Shown: one piece after another, positions 21,258 to 31,371 of the stretch
Layout of the letters: every line of letters begins with the position of its first letter
Numbering within the stretch: position 1 is the stretch's first letter
Source: Candidatus Danuiimicrobium aquiferis
Lineage (GTDB): Bacteria > Omnitrophota > Omnitrophia > Omnitrophales > Danuiimicrobiaceae
Assembly: GCA_001804285.1 (NCBI GenBank)
Contig: MHFR01000042.1
Coordinates: 78,725 to 142,724 of the forward strand
DNA: 64,000 nt
Reading direction: 5' to 3'
Notes under the pieces: generated by a model
The model's database searches: none
The model's input: only the letters and a program-made list of their open reading frames with translations
Told to the model about the DNA's origin: nothing
Translations under genes and position numbers: made by a program

Positions 21258-23171
21258 TTATTTTACTGCAACCAATAACATGACCAATAAACCAACCACC
21301 ATAAACAATAAATAATTTTGAACAAAACCTGTCTGAATCATCCTGAGAAGCCCGCTCGATACCTGTGCAGAAAAGCCGACAAAATTGACCAAACCGTCCA
21401 CAATATATTGATCGATCCACCGTTTGATGCGGCTGGTCAGCACCGTTTTCCGGCCGATTTCATTCACGGTTCGATCGATAACGTTTGAGTCAAACCGGAA
21501 TGAAATGCGCGAAATCCATTTGAAGGCGTGGATAAATGTTGAATTATAAATTTCATCAAACCAAAGTTTATTTCGCGAGGCGTCATAAAACATCCAAAAT
21601 TGTCCGGCCAAATGCTGAGGAAGATCAGTTTTAACGAAATAACAAATAAACGCAATGATGAAGCCAATCGTGGCTGACGCAACCGACATGATCATCACAA
21701 ACGTATCCATGTGAACCGCGGCATGGGGTTCAAGAAAATGCTGGAACCAGTGTCCCATGAACGGTGAACCGGGAAGGCCGATTAAAACAGAGCCGATGGC
21801 CAGGACGGCTAACGGAAGGGTCATGACTGCGGGCGATTCGTGAGCGTGGATATGTCCGCGGGTCTTGCCGGCGAAAGTCAGGAACAGCAGGCGGAACATG
21901 TAAAACGAAGTCATCATGGCGGTGATCATCAGAATCCAGAAAATCACCCTGTGATTTCCAAGATAAGCACTTGTGAGGATTTCGTCTTTGCTCCAAAATC
22001 CGGAAAGCGGGGGAACTCCGGCAATTGCAATGGTTGCGATGCAAAGCGGCCAGAATGTATTCGGCATGGCTTTTCTGAGCCCGCCCATTTCACGCATGTC
22101 CTGTGTGCCGGTCCCGTGGATGATGCTGCCTGCGCCCAAGAAGAGAAGCGCTTTAAAAAATGCGTGAGTCATCAAGTGGAAAGTTCCGGCGCCCATTCCT
22201 CCGACACCGAGCGCCGTGATCATAAACCCAAGCTGGCTGATGGTTGAGTAAGCGAGAACTTTTTTAATGTCAAATTGCGTGATGGCAAAGAAAGCACCCA
22301 GGAATGCCGTGGTTGTTCCCACGACGGCAATCGTTTGAGAGGCGTTCGGAAATGTTTCGAGGACCGGCCAAAGCCGCGCGACCATGAAAACGCCTGCCAC
22401 AACCATCGTCGCGGCGTGGATCAGCGCGCTCACGGGTGTCGGGCCTTCCATGGCATCGGGAAGCCAAACATGCAACGGAACTTGCGCTGATTTTCCGATG
22501 GCTCCGCAAAAAAGCAGAATGGTTGCAAAGGTGAGAACAGCTGTATTTGCGTAAGGGTGCATGAATTCCGGCGTGATATCAATAAAGCGGATCGTGCCGG
22601 TCGTATAAAAGAAAAGCGCGATTCCGAGGAAGAAGCCGACATCGCCGATCCGGTTTGTAATAAATGCTTTTCGCCCGGCCTGCGCGGCTTCATATTTTTC
22701 AAACCAGAAGCCGATCAGAAAATAAGAACACAGCCCGACCAGCTCCCAAAAAAAGTACATTTGAACAAGCGTTGACGATAATACCAGCCCGAGCATGGAA
22801 AATAAAAAGAGTGAAAGATAAGCAAAGAATCTGGAAAACCGCGGATCATTGTGCATATAGCCGACGGAATAAATGACAATGAGTGAACCGACAAAAGTTA
22901 CGACAAAAAGCATGACGGAGGAAAGCGGGTCAACGAGGATTCCGAATTCAATCGGTTTCCCGTTAATCATGAGCCATGTGAGTGATGCGTGAAGGGCAGT
23001 CCCGTGATTCAAAATGACCGGCAGAACGACGCTTGCCGATAACAGGCACGACCCGACACTTGCCGCAATGGCGATGAGTGCGCTTTTTGTCCCTAATTTC
23101 TTTCCGAAGAAAATAATCATCGTGAAAGAAATTAGCGGCAGTAATGGAATTAAAATCGCTTGAGTTACCAT
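21258..23171 (-). CDS. nuoL: NADH-quinone oxidoreductase subunit L
   Basis: 637 aa antiporter-like subunit with the long C-terminal lateral helix region. Confidence 0.9.
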   Translation of the reverse strand: MVTQAILIPLLPLISFTMIIFFGKKLGTKSALIAIAASVGSCLLSASVVLPVILNHGTALHASLTWLMINGKPIEFGILVDPLSSVMLFVVTFVGSLIVIYSVGYMHNDPRFSRFFAYLSLFLFSMLGLVLSSTLVQMYFFWELVGLCSYFLIGFWFEKYEAAQAGRKAFITNRIGDVGFFLGIALFFYTTGTIRFIDITPEFMHPYANTAVLTFATILLFCGAIGKSAQVPLHVWLPDAMEGPTPVSALIHAATMVVAGVFMVARLWPVLETFPNASQTIAVVGTTTAFLGAFFAITQFDIKKVLAYSTISQLGFMITALGVGGMGAGTFHLMTHAFFKALLFLGAGSIIHGTGTQDMREMGGLRKAMPNTFWPLCIATIAIAGVPPLSGFWSKDEILTSAYLGNHRVIFWILMITAMMTSFYMFRLLFLTFAGKTRGHIHAHESPAVMTLPLAVLAIGSVLIGLPGSPFMGHWFQHFLEPHAAVHMDTFVMIMSVASATIGFIIAFICYFVKTDLPQHLAGQFWMFYDASRNKLWFDEIYNSTFIHAFKWISRISFRFDSNVIDRTVNEIGRKTVLTSRIKRWIDQYIVDGLVNFVGFSAQVSSGLLRMIQTGFVQNYLLFMVVGLLVMLLVAVK

Positions 23172-23476
23172 TTTAAAAGGTGAATTTCATCCGTGTAAAT
23201 TGTTTTTTGGTTCCGGTAAATATTTAACACAATCGCCAAGCCAACCGCTGCGGTCGCTGCGGCGAGCACGATGGCAAACATGACAAAGATTTGTCCGCTT
23301 TCCGGTGATGAAGCAAAACTTCTCGAAAATGCGATGAAATTGACATTGACCGCATTCAACATAATCTCGATGGAAATTAGAATTCCGACGGCGTTCCGCC
23401 GCGAAAGCGCGCCATAAAGCCCGATCAGGAACAGGATCGATGTGAATACGAGGATATGGTCGATCGGAATGTGCAT
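23165..23476 (-). CDS. nuoK: NADH-quinone oxidoreductase subunit K; start reassigned to ATG at 23476 (MHIPIDH)
   Basis: ~100-aa 3-TM subunit; the track ORF is a 5' over-extension overlapping nuoJ. Confidence 0.85.
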   Translation of the reverse strand: MHIPIDHILVFTSILFLIGLYGALSRRNAVGILISIEIMLNAVNVNFIAFSRSFASSPESGQIFVMFAIVLAAATAAVGLAIVLNIYRNQKTIYTDEIHLLKW

Positions 23477-23478
23477 GG

Positions 23479-23979
23479 TTATTCGCTCCTTGCGATGACA
23501 ATGGCGCCGATGAGCGCGACTAAAAGAACAAGAGAAACCACTTCGAACGGGAACACGTATTGATTCATCAACGCTTTCCCAAGCGTCACGGCATTCACGG
23601 CGGTTTGCGGTTCGGAAGTTTCCCACGGCGTTTTCAAAATGGCGGAAATCAAAATGAATCCGACGAGGCCGAGCGGCAGGAAAACAATTTTTTTATTTTT
23701 AAAACTTTGAGGGACTGCCGGATTCCCCATCCGCGAAGTGAGCATCACGGCGAAAACAATCAGCGTCATAATGGCGCCGACGTATAAAAGGATTTGCATC
23801 GCGGCGATAAATTCGGCTTGAAGAAAGAAATAAAGCATCGCAATTCCGATCAACGTAAATGCGAGAAAAACCGCGGAATGGAACAGGTTCCGCACGGTGA
23901 CGCAGAGCGCGGCGGCAATGAGAATGCCGAGCATGGCGGCGTAAAAGGCGGTGGTGGCCAGAAATTGAAATAAGGTCAT
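23479..23979 (-). CDS. nuoJ: NADH-quinone oxidoreductase subunit J
   Basis: 166 aa, 5-TM profile, operon position. Confidence 0.85.
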   Translation of the reverse strand: MTLFQFLATTAFYAAMLGILIAAALCVTVRNLFHSAVFLAFTLIGIAMLYFFLQAEFIAAMQILLYVGAIMTLIVFAVMLTSRMGNPAVPQSFKNKKIVFLPLGLVGFILISAILKTPWETSEPQTAVNAVTLGKALMNQYVFPFEVVSLVLLVALIGAIVIARSE

Positions 23980-24000
23980 AAAAGATTCCTGAGTGAGAAA

Positions 24001-24112
24001 ATCCCAATGGCCAAGTACGCAATGACCAACGAGATTCCCAAAAGAAGAAATTCCAATTGGAATTTATGATTTGCCAATTTATTGGTCATTGAGATTTGGT
24101 CATTGATCATTT
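24001..24112. repeat. CAATGACC/GGTCATTG-type intergenic element between nuoJ and nuoH
   Basis: CCAATGG..AATGACCAA...TTCCAATTGGAATTT...TTGGTCATTGAGATTTGGTCATTGATCATTTT. Confidence 0.75.
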
Positions 24113-25266
24113 TATTCATATGCATACTTATAAATTCTTTTCTTCGGTGCGACTTTTCTGTTGGCGACGTAAATCATCAAAACAGAAACGGTTAAAATAC
24201 AGAAACTGAGGATGTCATTCAACGGGAAACTCAAATGCACCCAAAGTGCCGCAGCCAATAAATTAATGAATGCAAGCGGAAGGAGTCCTCGCCAGGCGAA
24301 ACCCATGAGCTGATCCACACGCATTCTCGGAAACGTGCCGCGAAACCACATCATGATTGAAATTAAAACGAATGTTTTCGCGAAAAACCAAAGCCAACTC
24401 GGAAGAATCGGCCCCTGCCAGCCGCCGAGATAAACCGTCGTGACAAGAGCAGAAACGCTGAACGCATTCATGTACTCTGCCATATAGAAAAGCGCGAATT
24501 TCATTCCGCTATATTCCGTATGAAATCCCGCGATAATTTCCGACTCGCCTTCGGGAAGATCAAACGGGCAGCGGTTGACTTCGGCCACGCCGGTTAAAAA
24601 GAAAAGAATGAATCCAACCAATCCCCACGGCGTGAAAACAAACCACTGTAAACCTTCCTGTGCGTTGACGATGGCAACCGTGGAAAAGGAGCCGACGACG
24701 AGAAGCGCCGGCACAATCGAAAGCAACATCGGGATTTCATAAGATACCATTTGCGCGACGGCGCGCATTCCGCCGAGGAGTGAAAATTTATTTCGCGAGC
24801 CCCATGCAGCCGTAAAAATCCACAAAGTCGAGGTGGATGCCACCGCGAAAAAGAAAAGAATTCCGATTGAAAGATCGGAAGGAATCATGTTCCGGCCGAA
24901 GGGGATCACCGAAAAAACAAGCAGGGAAGGGATGATCACGGTAATGGGGCCGAGGAAATGAGCAAAGGGGTCGGCTTTTTGGGGCACGATATCTTCTTTG
25001 GTGAACATTTTAATTCCGTCTGATAGGGGTTGAAGAAGGCCAAAGATTCCGCAGCGGTTTGGGCCGTAACGATTTTGCATCCGGCCGATAAATTTCCGTT
25101 CGAGGAGCGTCAGATACATCATGACAACGGGTCCGAAAACGCAAAGCGTGACGATGACGATAAAAATAGAAATCAGGATCATCATCCATTCCGGGAGGAA
25201 CGGCGACAGGATGTCGAGAATGATTTGTTTTGCTTTAATGAATATTTGGTCAATGGTATTTAGCAT
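24112..25266 (-). CDS. nuoH: NADH-quinone oxidoreductase subunit H
   Basis: LLERKFIGRMQNRYGPNRCGIFGLLQPLSDGIKMFTKED matches the NuoH/ND1 signature. Confidence 0.9.
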   Translation of the reverse strand: MLNTIDQIFIKAKQIILDILSPFLPEWMMILISIFIVIVTLCVFGPVVMMYLTLLERKFIGRMQNRYGPNRCGIFGLLQPLSDGIKMFTKEDIVPQKADPFAHFLGPITVIIPSLLVFSVIPFGRNMIPSDLSIGILFFFAVASTSTLWIFTAAWGSRNKFSLLGGMRAVAQMVSYEIPMLLSIVPALLVVGSFSTVAIVNAQEGLQWFVFTPWGLVGFILFFLTGVAEVNRCPFDLPEGESEIIAGFHTEYSGMKFALFYMAEYMNAFSVSALVTTVYLGGWQGPILPSWLWFFAKTFVLISIMMWFRGTFPRMRVDQLMGFAWRGLLPLAFINLLAAALWVHLSFPLNDILSFCILTVSVLMIYVANRKVAPKKRIYKYAYE

Positions 25267-25279
25267 AGGTTAATTTAAA

Positions 25280-25392
25280 ATCTCAATGACCAAGTGTCAA
25301 TGACGCAATGAAATCCCAAAAAGATTAATTTCCAATCGGGATTTAAAATATTGAAATTTTCTTGGTCATTGCGTGCTTGGTCATTGGTCATT
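25280..25392. repeat. CAATGACC-family element between nuoH and nuoI
   Basis: Shared AATGACCAAG / CTTGGTCATTG subunits and AAATCCCAAAAAGAT core. Confidence 0.75.
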
Positions 25393-25891
25393 TCTCTTTT
25401 GCCTTCCTTTTTTCTTCAACCTTCTTTGCTGTTTCCGGCCGGATTTTCGAAAAATATTCGGCTGATTTCGCGAGCCGGTCTTTGGTGTACAAGAATTCTT
25501 CGGATCGTTCGTACGCTGACAGCTCAAATTGACGGTCCATATAAATCGAATCAAACGGACAGACTTCTTCGCAAATTCCGCAATTCATACAAACGGAATA
25601 ATCAATATCGAAAAATTTTGGTTGCTTCAAAGGTTTTCCGGCTTCATCTTGTGCCCGGACAATGCTGATGCATTTTGGCGGACATTCCTTTGCGCAGATT
25701 TCGCACGCAACGCAGCGGAGTTTGTCCGGTGATTCATCGTAAACAAGAATCGGAAACGTTCGAGCGTGCTCGCTTAAGGTAATCCGTTCTTCGGGATATT
25801 GAACAGTGGTTAAACGCTTGCGTGTGAAATAACTGAGCGTAAAATTCTTAATCGTGACCCAAAGGCCCTTTAGAACTCCTAAACCGTACAT
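25388..25891 (-). CDS. nuoI: NADH-quinone oxidoreductase subunit I (2x[4Fe-4S] ferredoxin)
   Basis: Two CxxCxxCxxxCP motifs (CVACEICAKECP, CMNCGICEEVCP). Confidence 0.9.
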   Translation of the reverse strand: MYGLGVLKGLWVTIKNFTLSYFTRKRLTTVQYPEERITLSEHARTFPILVYDESPDKLRCVACEICAKECPPKCISIVRAQDEAGKPLKQPKFFDIDYSVCMNCGICEEVCPFDSIYMDRQFELSAYERSEEFLYTKDRLAKSAEYFSKIRPETAKKVEEKRKAKEK

Positions 25892-25914
25892 TCGATCCCT
25901 TTCTGCTTCTTAAA

Positions 25915-26052
25915 ACTCCAATGACTCAATCTCAATGCCGCAAAGAAATCCCAAAAAGATAAAGTTCCAATTGAAATTTGAAACATTGGAACTTCCTTGG
26001 CCATTGCCTGCCCGCCATGCATTTTGGCGGGGGTTTTGGTCATTGATCATTT
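25915..26052. repeat. CAATGACC-family element between nuoI and nuoD
   Basis: Shares a ~70-bp block with the 28385 copy in reverse complement. Confidence 0.8.
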
Positions 26053-26054
26053 TT

Positions 26055-27215
26055 TTATCTATCTACCTCTCCCAGCACAATATCAATACTTCCTAAAATA
26101 ATAATGACGTCCGCCACTTTTTGCCCGATACACATATCTTCGAGTACGGTCAAATTGATAAAACTTGGTGCGCGAACATGGTAACGATACGGCTTCCCTG
26201 AACCGTCGCTTACAAGATAAAACCCAAGTTCGCCTTTTGGCGCTTCCGTACGCCCATAAGCATCGCCCTTCGGTACCTTTAAGGTGCGCGGCATTTTTGC
26301 TGCTTGCGCGCCGGCCTTGCTAATCACTTCGCCGTCCGGGATTTCGTTAATGGCTTGCTCAAGAATCTGCAGGCTTTCGCGCATTTCAAGAATCCGGACA
26401 TAATAACGGTCGTATACATCGCCCGCTTCGCCCACGGGCACGCGGAATTTAAACCGGCCGTATATAGAGTACTTGTCGATTTTCCGGATATCATACGGAA
26501 TTCCGGACGCGCGAAGCACAGGGCCGGTAATTCCGGCGTTGACCGCCAAAGCTTTCGGCAAGATTCCGACATTTTGGCAGCGGGATAAAAGGATTTCGTT
26601 ATGGGTCAGCAACTCTTCGAGTTCATCCAGGAATTTTGGAAATTGATTCACAATCTCCCGGACGCGTAGAATAAAATCCGGCGGAACATCTCGCTTTACG
26701 CCGCCGAAACGGAAATAATTGCACATCATCCGGCTTCCCGTGACATCTTCAAATAAATCGAGCAATTTCTCCCGTTCGCGGAATGCGTAAAGGACCGGCG
26801 TAAAAAAAGCGCCGAGGTCGTTCAGGAGAAATCCCACGAGAACGATATGGTTTATGAGGCGGGTGAGTTCGGCCATGATGACGCGAAGATATTGCGCGCG
26901 CTCCGGGACTTCAATGCCGGCCAGTTTTTCGACGGCAAGCGCGTATGAAAAATTATTCGCGAGTGCGCAAAAGTAATCCAGACGGTCTGTGTAAGGCATG
27001 CAGGCGAGCCATGACATATTTTCCATCAACTTTTCATGATTCCGGTGGAGATAGCCCATGACTGGTTTCAACCGGATCACTTGCTCGCCGTCCAATACGA
27101 CATCCATTTGAAATACGCCGTGCGTGCTCGGATGTTGCGGGCCGAGGCTTACTTCAAGCCGCTGTGTGTCGAGGGTTGATTGTTGATCCATATTTTGTAG
27201 GTAAGGGCAATTCAT
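26055..27215 (-). CDS. nuoD: NADH-quinone oxidoreductase subunit D (49 kDa)
   Basis: Full-length NuoD conservation including [10 protein letters not shown] and the C-terminal ...GEVDR. Confidence 0.95.
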   Translation of the reverse strand: MNCPYLQNMDQQSTLDTQRLEVSLGPQHPSTHGVFQMDVVLDGEQVIRLKPVMGYLHRNHEKLMENMSWLACMPYTDRLDYFCALANNFSYALAVEKLAGIEVPERAQYLRVIMAELTRLINHIVLVGFLLNDLGAFFTPVLYAFREREKLLDLFEDVTGSRMMCNYFRFGGVKRDVPPDFILRVREIVNQFPKFLDELEELLTHNEILLSRCQNVGILPKALAVNAGITGPVLRASGIPYDIRKIDKYSIYGRFKFRVPVGEAGDVYDRYYVRILEMRESLQILEQAINEIPDGEVISKAGAQAAKMPRTLKVPKGDAYGRTEAPKGELGFYLVSDGSGKPYRYHVRAPSFINLTVLEDMCIGQKVADVIIILGSIDIVLGEVDR

Positions 27216-27229
27216 GAATTGCCCCTACG
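27198..27229. repeat. REP-like palindrome GTAAGGGCAATTCATGAATTGCCCCTAC, intergenic nuoD-nuoC
   Basis: Near-identical to the 39322 copy. Confidence 0.85.
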
Positions 27230-27240
27230 GGTAAGTGTGT

Positions 27241-27693
27241 TCATATTTTCCTGTCCTGATCTTCCGTTACATAATCTTTCCGCAAGGGATGTCCAACAAA
27301 ACCTTCCCACATAAAAATGCGCCGCAAATCCGGATGTCCTTCAAAATGAATCCCGAGCAAATCATAGGCTTCTCGCTCTTGGAATTCCGCGCTGCGCCAA
27401 ATTGAGACGACGGACGGAATTTGTGCCGCATTCCGGTCTGTCCGAATTTTGATCACAAGCGGGCCGCATTCTCTTCCCATCGAATACAAATGATAAACCA
27501 CTTCCAAATAGTCTTTGTAATCAGTGCCTGTGACGGAAGAAAGGTAGTCAAATGAATATTCCGGATCTGTTTTTAAAAAGGAAGCAATCTCCGGCCACTT
27601 TTCTTTTGGAATGAGCAGAGAATTATTTTCGATGGAAATTTGAACGCCGAATTTCGTTTCGATAGCTTGTTTGATTTCTTCGATTGTTTTCAT
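27241..27693 (-). CDS. nuoC: NADH-quinone oxidoreductase subunit C (30 kDa)
   Basis: 150 aa, NuoC-type motifs ([21 protein letters not shown]). Confidence 0.9.
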   Translation of the reverse strand: MKTIEEIKQAIETKFGVQISIENNSLLIPKEKWPEIASFLKTDPEYSFDYLSSVTGTDYKDYLEVVYHLYSMGRECGPLVIKIRTDRNAAQIPSVVSIWRSAEFQEREAYDLLGIHFEGHPDLRRIFMWEGFVGHPLRKDYVTEDQDRKI

Positions 27694-27705
27694 GTGATTA
27701 TTGTT

Positions 27706-27733
27706 GTAGGGGCACGGCGCGCCGTGCCCCTAC
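27706..27733. repeat. REP-like variant GTAGGGGCACGGCGCGCCGTGCCCCTAC, intergenic nuoC-nuoB
   Basis: Same GTAGGGGCA...TGCCCCTAC ends, different loop. Confidence 0.75.
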
Positions 27734-27738
27734 GTACA

Positions 27739-28365
27739 TTACACCGGTACGTTTTCCTTTATTTTAAATACTTCCGGATTATACGGCGGAATAAGTCCGT
27801 TCGGGCCGTATTCCGGAACCGGGAATTCGCGTTTGAATCCTTTTTGATACCATTCTGTTTTCTCGACTTCCTGCGATTCGATTTTCTCCTGTAATTTAAT
27901 TAAAGCTTCGAGCAATGCTTCGGGCCTTGGCGGGCATCCGGGGATATGAACGTCAACGGGAATATACCGGTCAATTCCGCGGACGACATTGTAACCGTCG
28001 CGGAATGGGCCGCCTGAAATAGCGCAAGCGCCCATTGCGATACAATATTTCGGTTCCGGCATCTGGTTGTAAAGCCGCACAACCTGTGGAGCCATTTTTT
28101 TCGTGACTGTTCCCGAGATGATCAGCAAATCCGCTTGCCGCGGCGATGGGCGGAACAGCCCGGCCCCGAAACGGTCAATGTCATATCTGGCCGCGGCAGC
28201 CGCAATCATTTCAATCGCACAGCAGGCAAGACCGGCTGTAAGCGGCCAAATCGAATATTTCCGTCCCCAATTATACAGAAAATCGACGGAGGTCAAGAAA
28301 ACCCCGCGTTTCTCCAAGTTGGCTTTAAGTTGAGGATTTATATTGTTTTGGTTCGGGTTAAGCAT
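27739..28365 (-). CDS. nuoB: NADH-quinone oxidoreductase subunit B (20 kDa, N2 cluster)
   Basis: CCAIEM...GACAISGG...PGCPP cysteine motifs. Confidence 0.95.
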   Translation of the reverse strand: MLNPNQNNINPQLKANLEKRGVFLTSVDFLYNWGRKYSIWPLTAGLACCAIEMIAAAAARYDIDRFGAGLFRPSPRQADLLIISGTVTKKMAPQVVRLYNQMPEPKYCIAMGACAISGGPFRDGYNVVRGIDRYIPVDVHIPGCPPRPEALLEALIKLQEKIESQEVEKTEWYQKGFKREFPVPEYGPNGLIPPYNPEVFKIKENVPV

Positions 28366-28384
28366 ATTTATTCATAATTATAAA

Positions 28385-28520
28385 TTCTCAATGACCAAAT
28401 CCCCCTCCAAAATGCATGGCGGGCAGGCAATGGCCAAGGAAGTTCCAATGTTTCAAATTTCAATTGGAACTTTATCTTTTTGGAATTTCTTTGTGTCATT
28501 GAGATTTGGTCATTGGTCAT
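28385..28520. repeat. CAATGACC-family element between nuoB and nuoA
   Basis: Reverse complement of the 25915 copy's core (AATGCATGGCGGGCAGGCAATGGCCAAGGAAGTTCCAATG...). Confidence 0.8.
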
Positions 28521-28526
28521 TTTAAT

Positions 28527-28898
28527 CTATTTCCATTCCAGCACATTCTTTTTCCATGCATAAATTAAACCGAGAATTAAAATTGCGAGAAAAATAAACA
28601 TTTCTACAAGAGCAAATAAGCCCATTTGCTTATAAGCAACCGCCCATGGATAAATAAAAATCACTTCAATATCAAAAATGACAAAAATGAGTGCGTAGAT
28701 ATAATATTGCACTTTGAACTGAATCCACGATTCGCCCTTCGACTCAAGGCCGCATTCGTAAGTTGATTGTTTGACAGGGTTTGGTTTCTTAGGAGCAAGA
28801 AAATAGGCCAATACCAAAGGGATGAAGGGAAAGACAATTGCGACCAGAAAAAACAGGCCTATGAACAGGTACTGATAGCTATATGCGTCTGGGGTCAT
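28527..28898 (-). CDS. nuoA: NADH-quinone oxidoreductase subunit A
   Basis: 123-aa 3-TM protein at the head of the nuo cluster. Confidence 0.85.
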   Translation of the reverse strand: MTPDAYSYQYLFIGLFFLVAIVFPFIPLVLAYFLAPKKPNPVKQSTYECGLESKGESWIQFKVQYYIYALIFVIFDIEVIFIYPWAVAYKQMGLFALVEMFIFLAILILGLIYAWKKNVLEWK

Positions 28899-28986
28899 CC
28901 GGTTATCTTTGTTGAAGTAAAAACGCGGTTCATCCGCTTCTTAAATTTTATTCATTAAGGTTATAAGCGTATCGAAAATGAGCGTT

Positions 28987-29040
28987 TCTGTCAATTTGAA
29001 AGACAGAACATTTTTTACTTTCAGAGACGTCTTGACGATA
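28987..29040 (-). promoter_or_regulatory. Candidate nuo operon promoter (minus strand: TTGACA - 17 nt - TACGCT) overlapping a 21-bp palindrome TCTGTCAATTTGAAAGACAGA
   Basis: Sequence inspection upstream of nuoA; the palindrome is operator-like. Confidence 0.35.
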
Positions 29041-29163
29041 TATCATGAATAGAGTGATAGAGTTGCTGTTATTGGGAGGATTCCCGCGATTATTGGGCGA
29101 GACGAAAGAAGGTTATTTTAGTTCAGGCCGAATTGTTGCTTGCCCTTTGAAATGGCGAAGACA

Positions 29164-30090
29164 TCACGTTGTAGTTTCGTTTTTCCAATGCGTTAGATCC
29201 CGATTTAATAGACGAGATAACTTATTTCGATCTTCTCTAAAAAAATCAATCAATTCTTTCCGGAATAAGGGATCCAACGGCTTCCGTTTGACAAATATCC
29301 GATTATGGCGCCTAACCCACGGAGCAATTCCAAACCGTTTCAGACCGGTAAGCGTTTTTATCATACGCATTGCCCAGACAACAGCCGGCGGAAGCGCGGA
29401 AAAAAAAGTCGCAAGGCGCGGGTATCGATTTATCTTGTTCCGGTTGATGCGCGGGAACTCGGTGCGTGCATCAGCGGGAACATTCAAAAACTCCAGAACC
29501 TCCCGGTAAATGCATTCGGGTGCTGCGGAAAAATCTTCATTTAAAATTACCTTTATTTGATTGCGCGGGAAGATTGAATACACCCGTTCCAACTGTTCGC
29601 CAAATTTGGCGATGTCCGAATACAAAAGGAACTTAGGATTGTTGCGGAGAGGCGGGAGCGGCTGTTCTGTCCTTCGTTTTTCGATTGCATTCCACGCGTC
29701 TTTCAAATCGGTAATTGGTTCAACACAATTATAAACCAAACAGGCGTGCCATGAAGCCACGAAGTCGACATGATTTCGGATTAAGACAATGATCTTTGAT
29801 TCCGGATTGAATTTCCGGATTTTTTCTACCGCAACTTTCGAAGAGAGATAAAGCACCGCGCCTTCTCCTGCGGCGATATGAAATGGAGTCGCTTCTTTAA
29901 AAAAATCGACGTACTCATCCTCGGTTTTTGCCAAACGCTGTTCCATCCGGCTCGTAGAGAAATCTTCTGCGAAAAAGTGGATTTCTTTGGGGCGGCTCAC
30001 AAAAACCCGCGGATTTGTCCTGAGATAGTCACAGAGAGAAGTGGTTCCGCATCTCGGCGCGCCAAGGATAAAAAAATTAGGATATTTCAT
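29164..30090 (-). CDS. Sulfotransferase-family protein (PAPS-dependent)
   Basis: N-terminal 5'-PSB-like motif ILGAPRCGTTSL; ~300 aa. Confidence 0.6.
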   Translation of the reverse strand: MKYPNFFILGAPRCGTTSLCDYLRTNPRVFVSRPKEIHFFAEDFSTSRMEQRLAKTEDEYVDFFKEATPFHIAAGEGAVLYLSSKVAVEKIRKFNPESKIIVLIRNHVDFVASWHACLVYNCVEPITDLKDAWNAIEKRRTEQPLPPLRNNPKFLLYSDIAKFGEQLERVYSIFPRNQIKVILNEDFSAAPECIYREVLEFLNVPADARTEFPRINRNKINRYPRLATFFSALPPAVVWAMRMIKTLTGLKRFGIAPWVRRHNRIFVKRKPLDPLFRKELIDFFREDRNKLSRLLNRDLTHWKNETTT

Positions 30091-30284
30091 TTGTATTTTA
30101 TGGTTTTCAGATAACGTATCTATCGCACGGATTCTTAAAGTGAATCAATATGATGATATTCTTTTTTGCGGCATATTTCCATTAGTTGATAATAAGGGGT
30201 GCCATCAATCCAACGGATTTTACCAATTTTTCAACAGATTGTCTTTCTGAATTGAAAGAGAAACGTGCTGTTTACTTAGCCCTG

Positions 30285-30560
30285 ATTTCTCATCACTAAT
30301 GAGAGATTCCGCTCGTAAGAGCTGCGGTGCAAAGAGGGTTTACTTCTTTGCGACGCAGGTTTGACTTTCCATAGATCATTTTATAAGGGAGTCAAAACCA
30401 GTCCTTGAGCTTTCATTGAAAGTTAAATTTCGTTTGAGAGTGGCGCAAGGGCAGGGCTTATCTTTTGCGCCCTGTTTGAACAAGGGCGCAAAACTTTGGA
30501 CGCAACTGATTGCGCCCAAAGCGACTTTCTCGTCGATTCACAAAATCGATAAGAAAGTCG
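30285..30560. repeat. MITE-like element (reverse orientation) carrying a ~100-bp internal insertion
   Basis: Ends match the family in reverse complement; central segment 30360-30445 is unique. Confidence 0.75.
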
Positions 30561-30629
30561 GGTTAGTGAGATTCTACGTCGATACAATAGGAAATAAAGG
30601 CGAAATATTGTGAAAGGGGAAGATTTACC

Positions 30630-31295
30630 ATGGGAATAGAATATTATGTTAAACAATTATGGCCGGTTCTCGCCATTTCGGGTTTTTTCGGGCTTGTTTT
30701 ATATGTGAATTATTATCTTCAGAGAAAACGGACACAAACTTTGCAGCAAGCGGCAATGACGCTGGGTTTTTCATTTGAAGAAGAAGCACCGGAAATGTTC
30801 CATGAGAACTTTTCGCTCCCGATTTTTGAGCGCGGACATTCACATCATGTCCGGAATGTGATGCGGGGCGAAACGGCCGGAACGGAAAGCCTCTTTTTTG
30901 ATTTCCGGTATACCGTAGGACATGGTAAACATAGTTCGACCTCTAATCAGACGATTGCAGCATTTCATTTGGCAAACGGCAAACTTTGCGGCTTTGAATT
31001 AAGGCCCGAGTTTATTTTTCACCAGCTGACTGAGCCATTTGGTTACCATGATATTGATTTTCCGGAAAACCCTGTATTTTCCAAGAAATATTTCCTGTGC
31101 AGTGAAAGTGAAGCGGCTGTGCGAAACTTATTTAACATGGAAGTTCTTCAATTTTTCGAAAATGCATCCGGCTGGTGCGTGCAGGCAAACCAAGAATGGT
31201 TGATTGTGTATCGAAGCGCGAAGTTGGTGAAACCGGAAAACTTTCAGCAGTTTGTGTCGGAGATGTCGAATATCCTGCGGTTGTTCCATCAATAA
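30630..31295 (+). CDS. Hypothetical protein with N-terminal TM helix
   Basis: ORF with RBS-like sequence and a downstream hairpin terminator; no family recognised. Confidence 0.4.
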   Translation: MGIEYYVKQLWPVLAISGFFGLVLYVNYYLQRKRTQTLQQAAMTLGFSFEEEAPEMFHENFSLPIFERGHSHHVRNVMRGETAGTESLFFDFRYTVGHGKHSSTSNQTIAAFHLANGKLCGFELRPEFIFHQLTEPFGYHDIDFPENPVFSKKYFLCSESEAAVRNLFNMEVLQFFENASGWCVQANQEWLIVYRSAKLVKPENFQQFVSEMSNILRLFHQ

Positions 31296-31309
31296 AAGGT
31301 ACTTTATAA

Positions 31310-31350
31310 GAAAAAGGGCAACCCCTCATTTTCAGGAGTTGCCCTCACAA
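31310..31350. terminator. Hairpin terminator between convergent genes 30630-31295 and 31372-31698
   Basis: AAAAAGGGCAAC ccctcattttcaggag TTGCCCT. Confidence 0.55.
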
Positions 31351-31371
31351 GTTAAACAAATCGGTTTAATT

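Noticed and set aside
29045-29509. 154-aa plus-strand ORF
   Set aside because: It overlaps the sulfotransferase gene on the opposite strand, is arginine-rich with antisense-type composition, and has no family signal.
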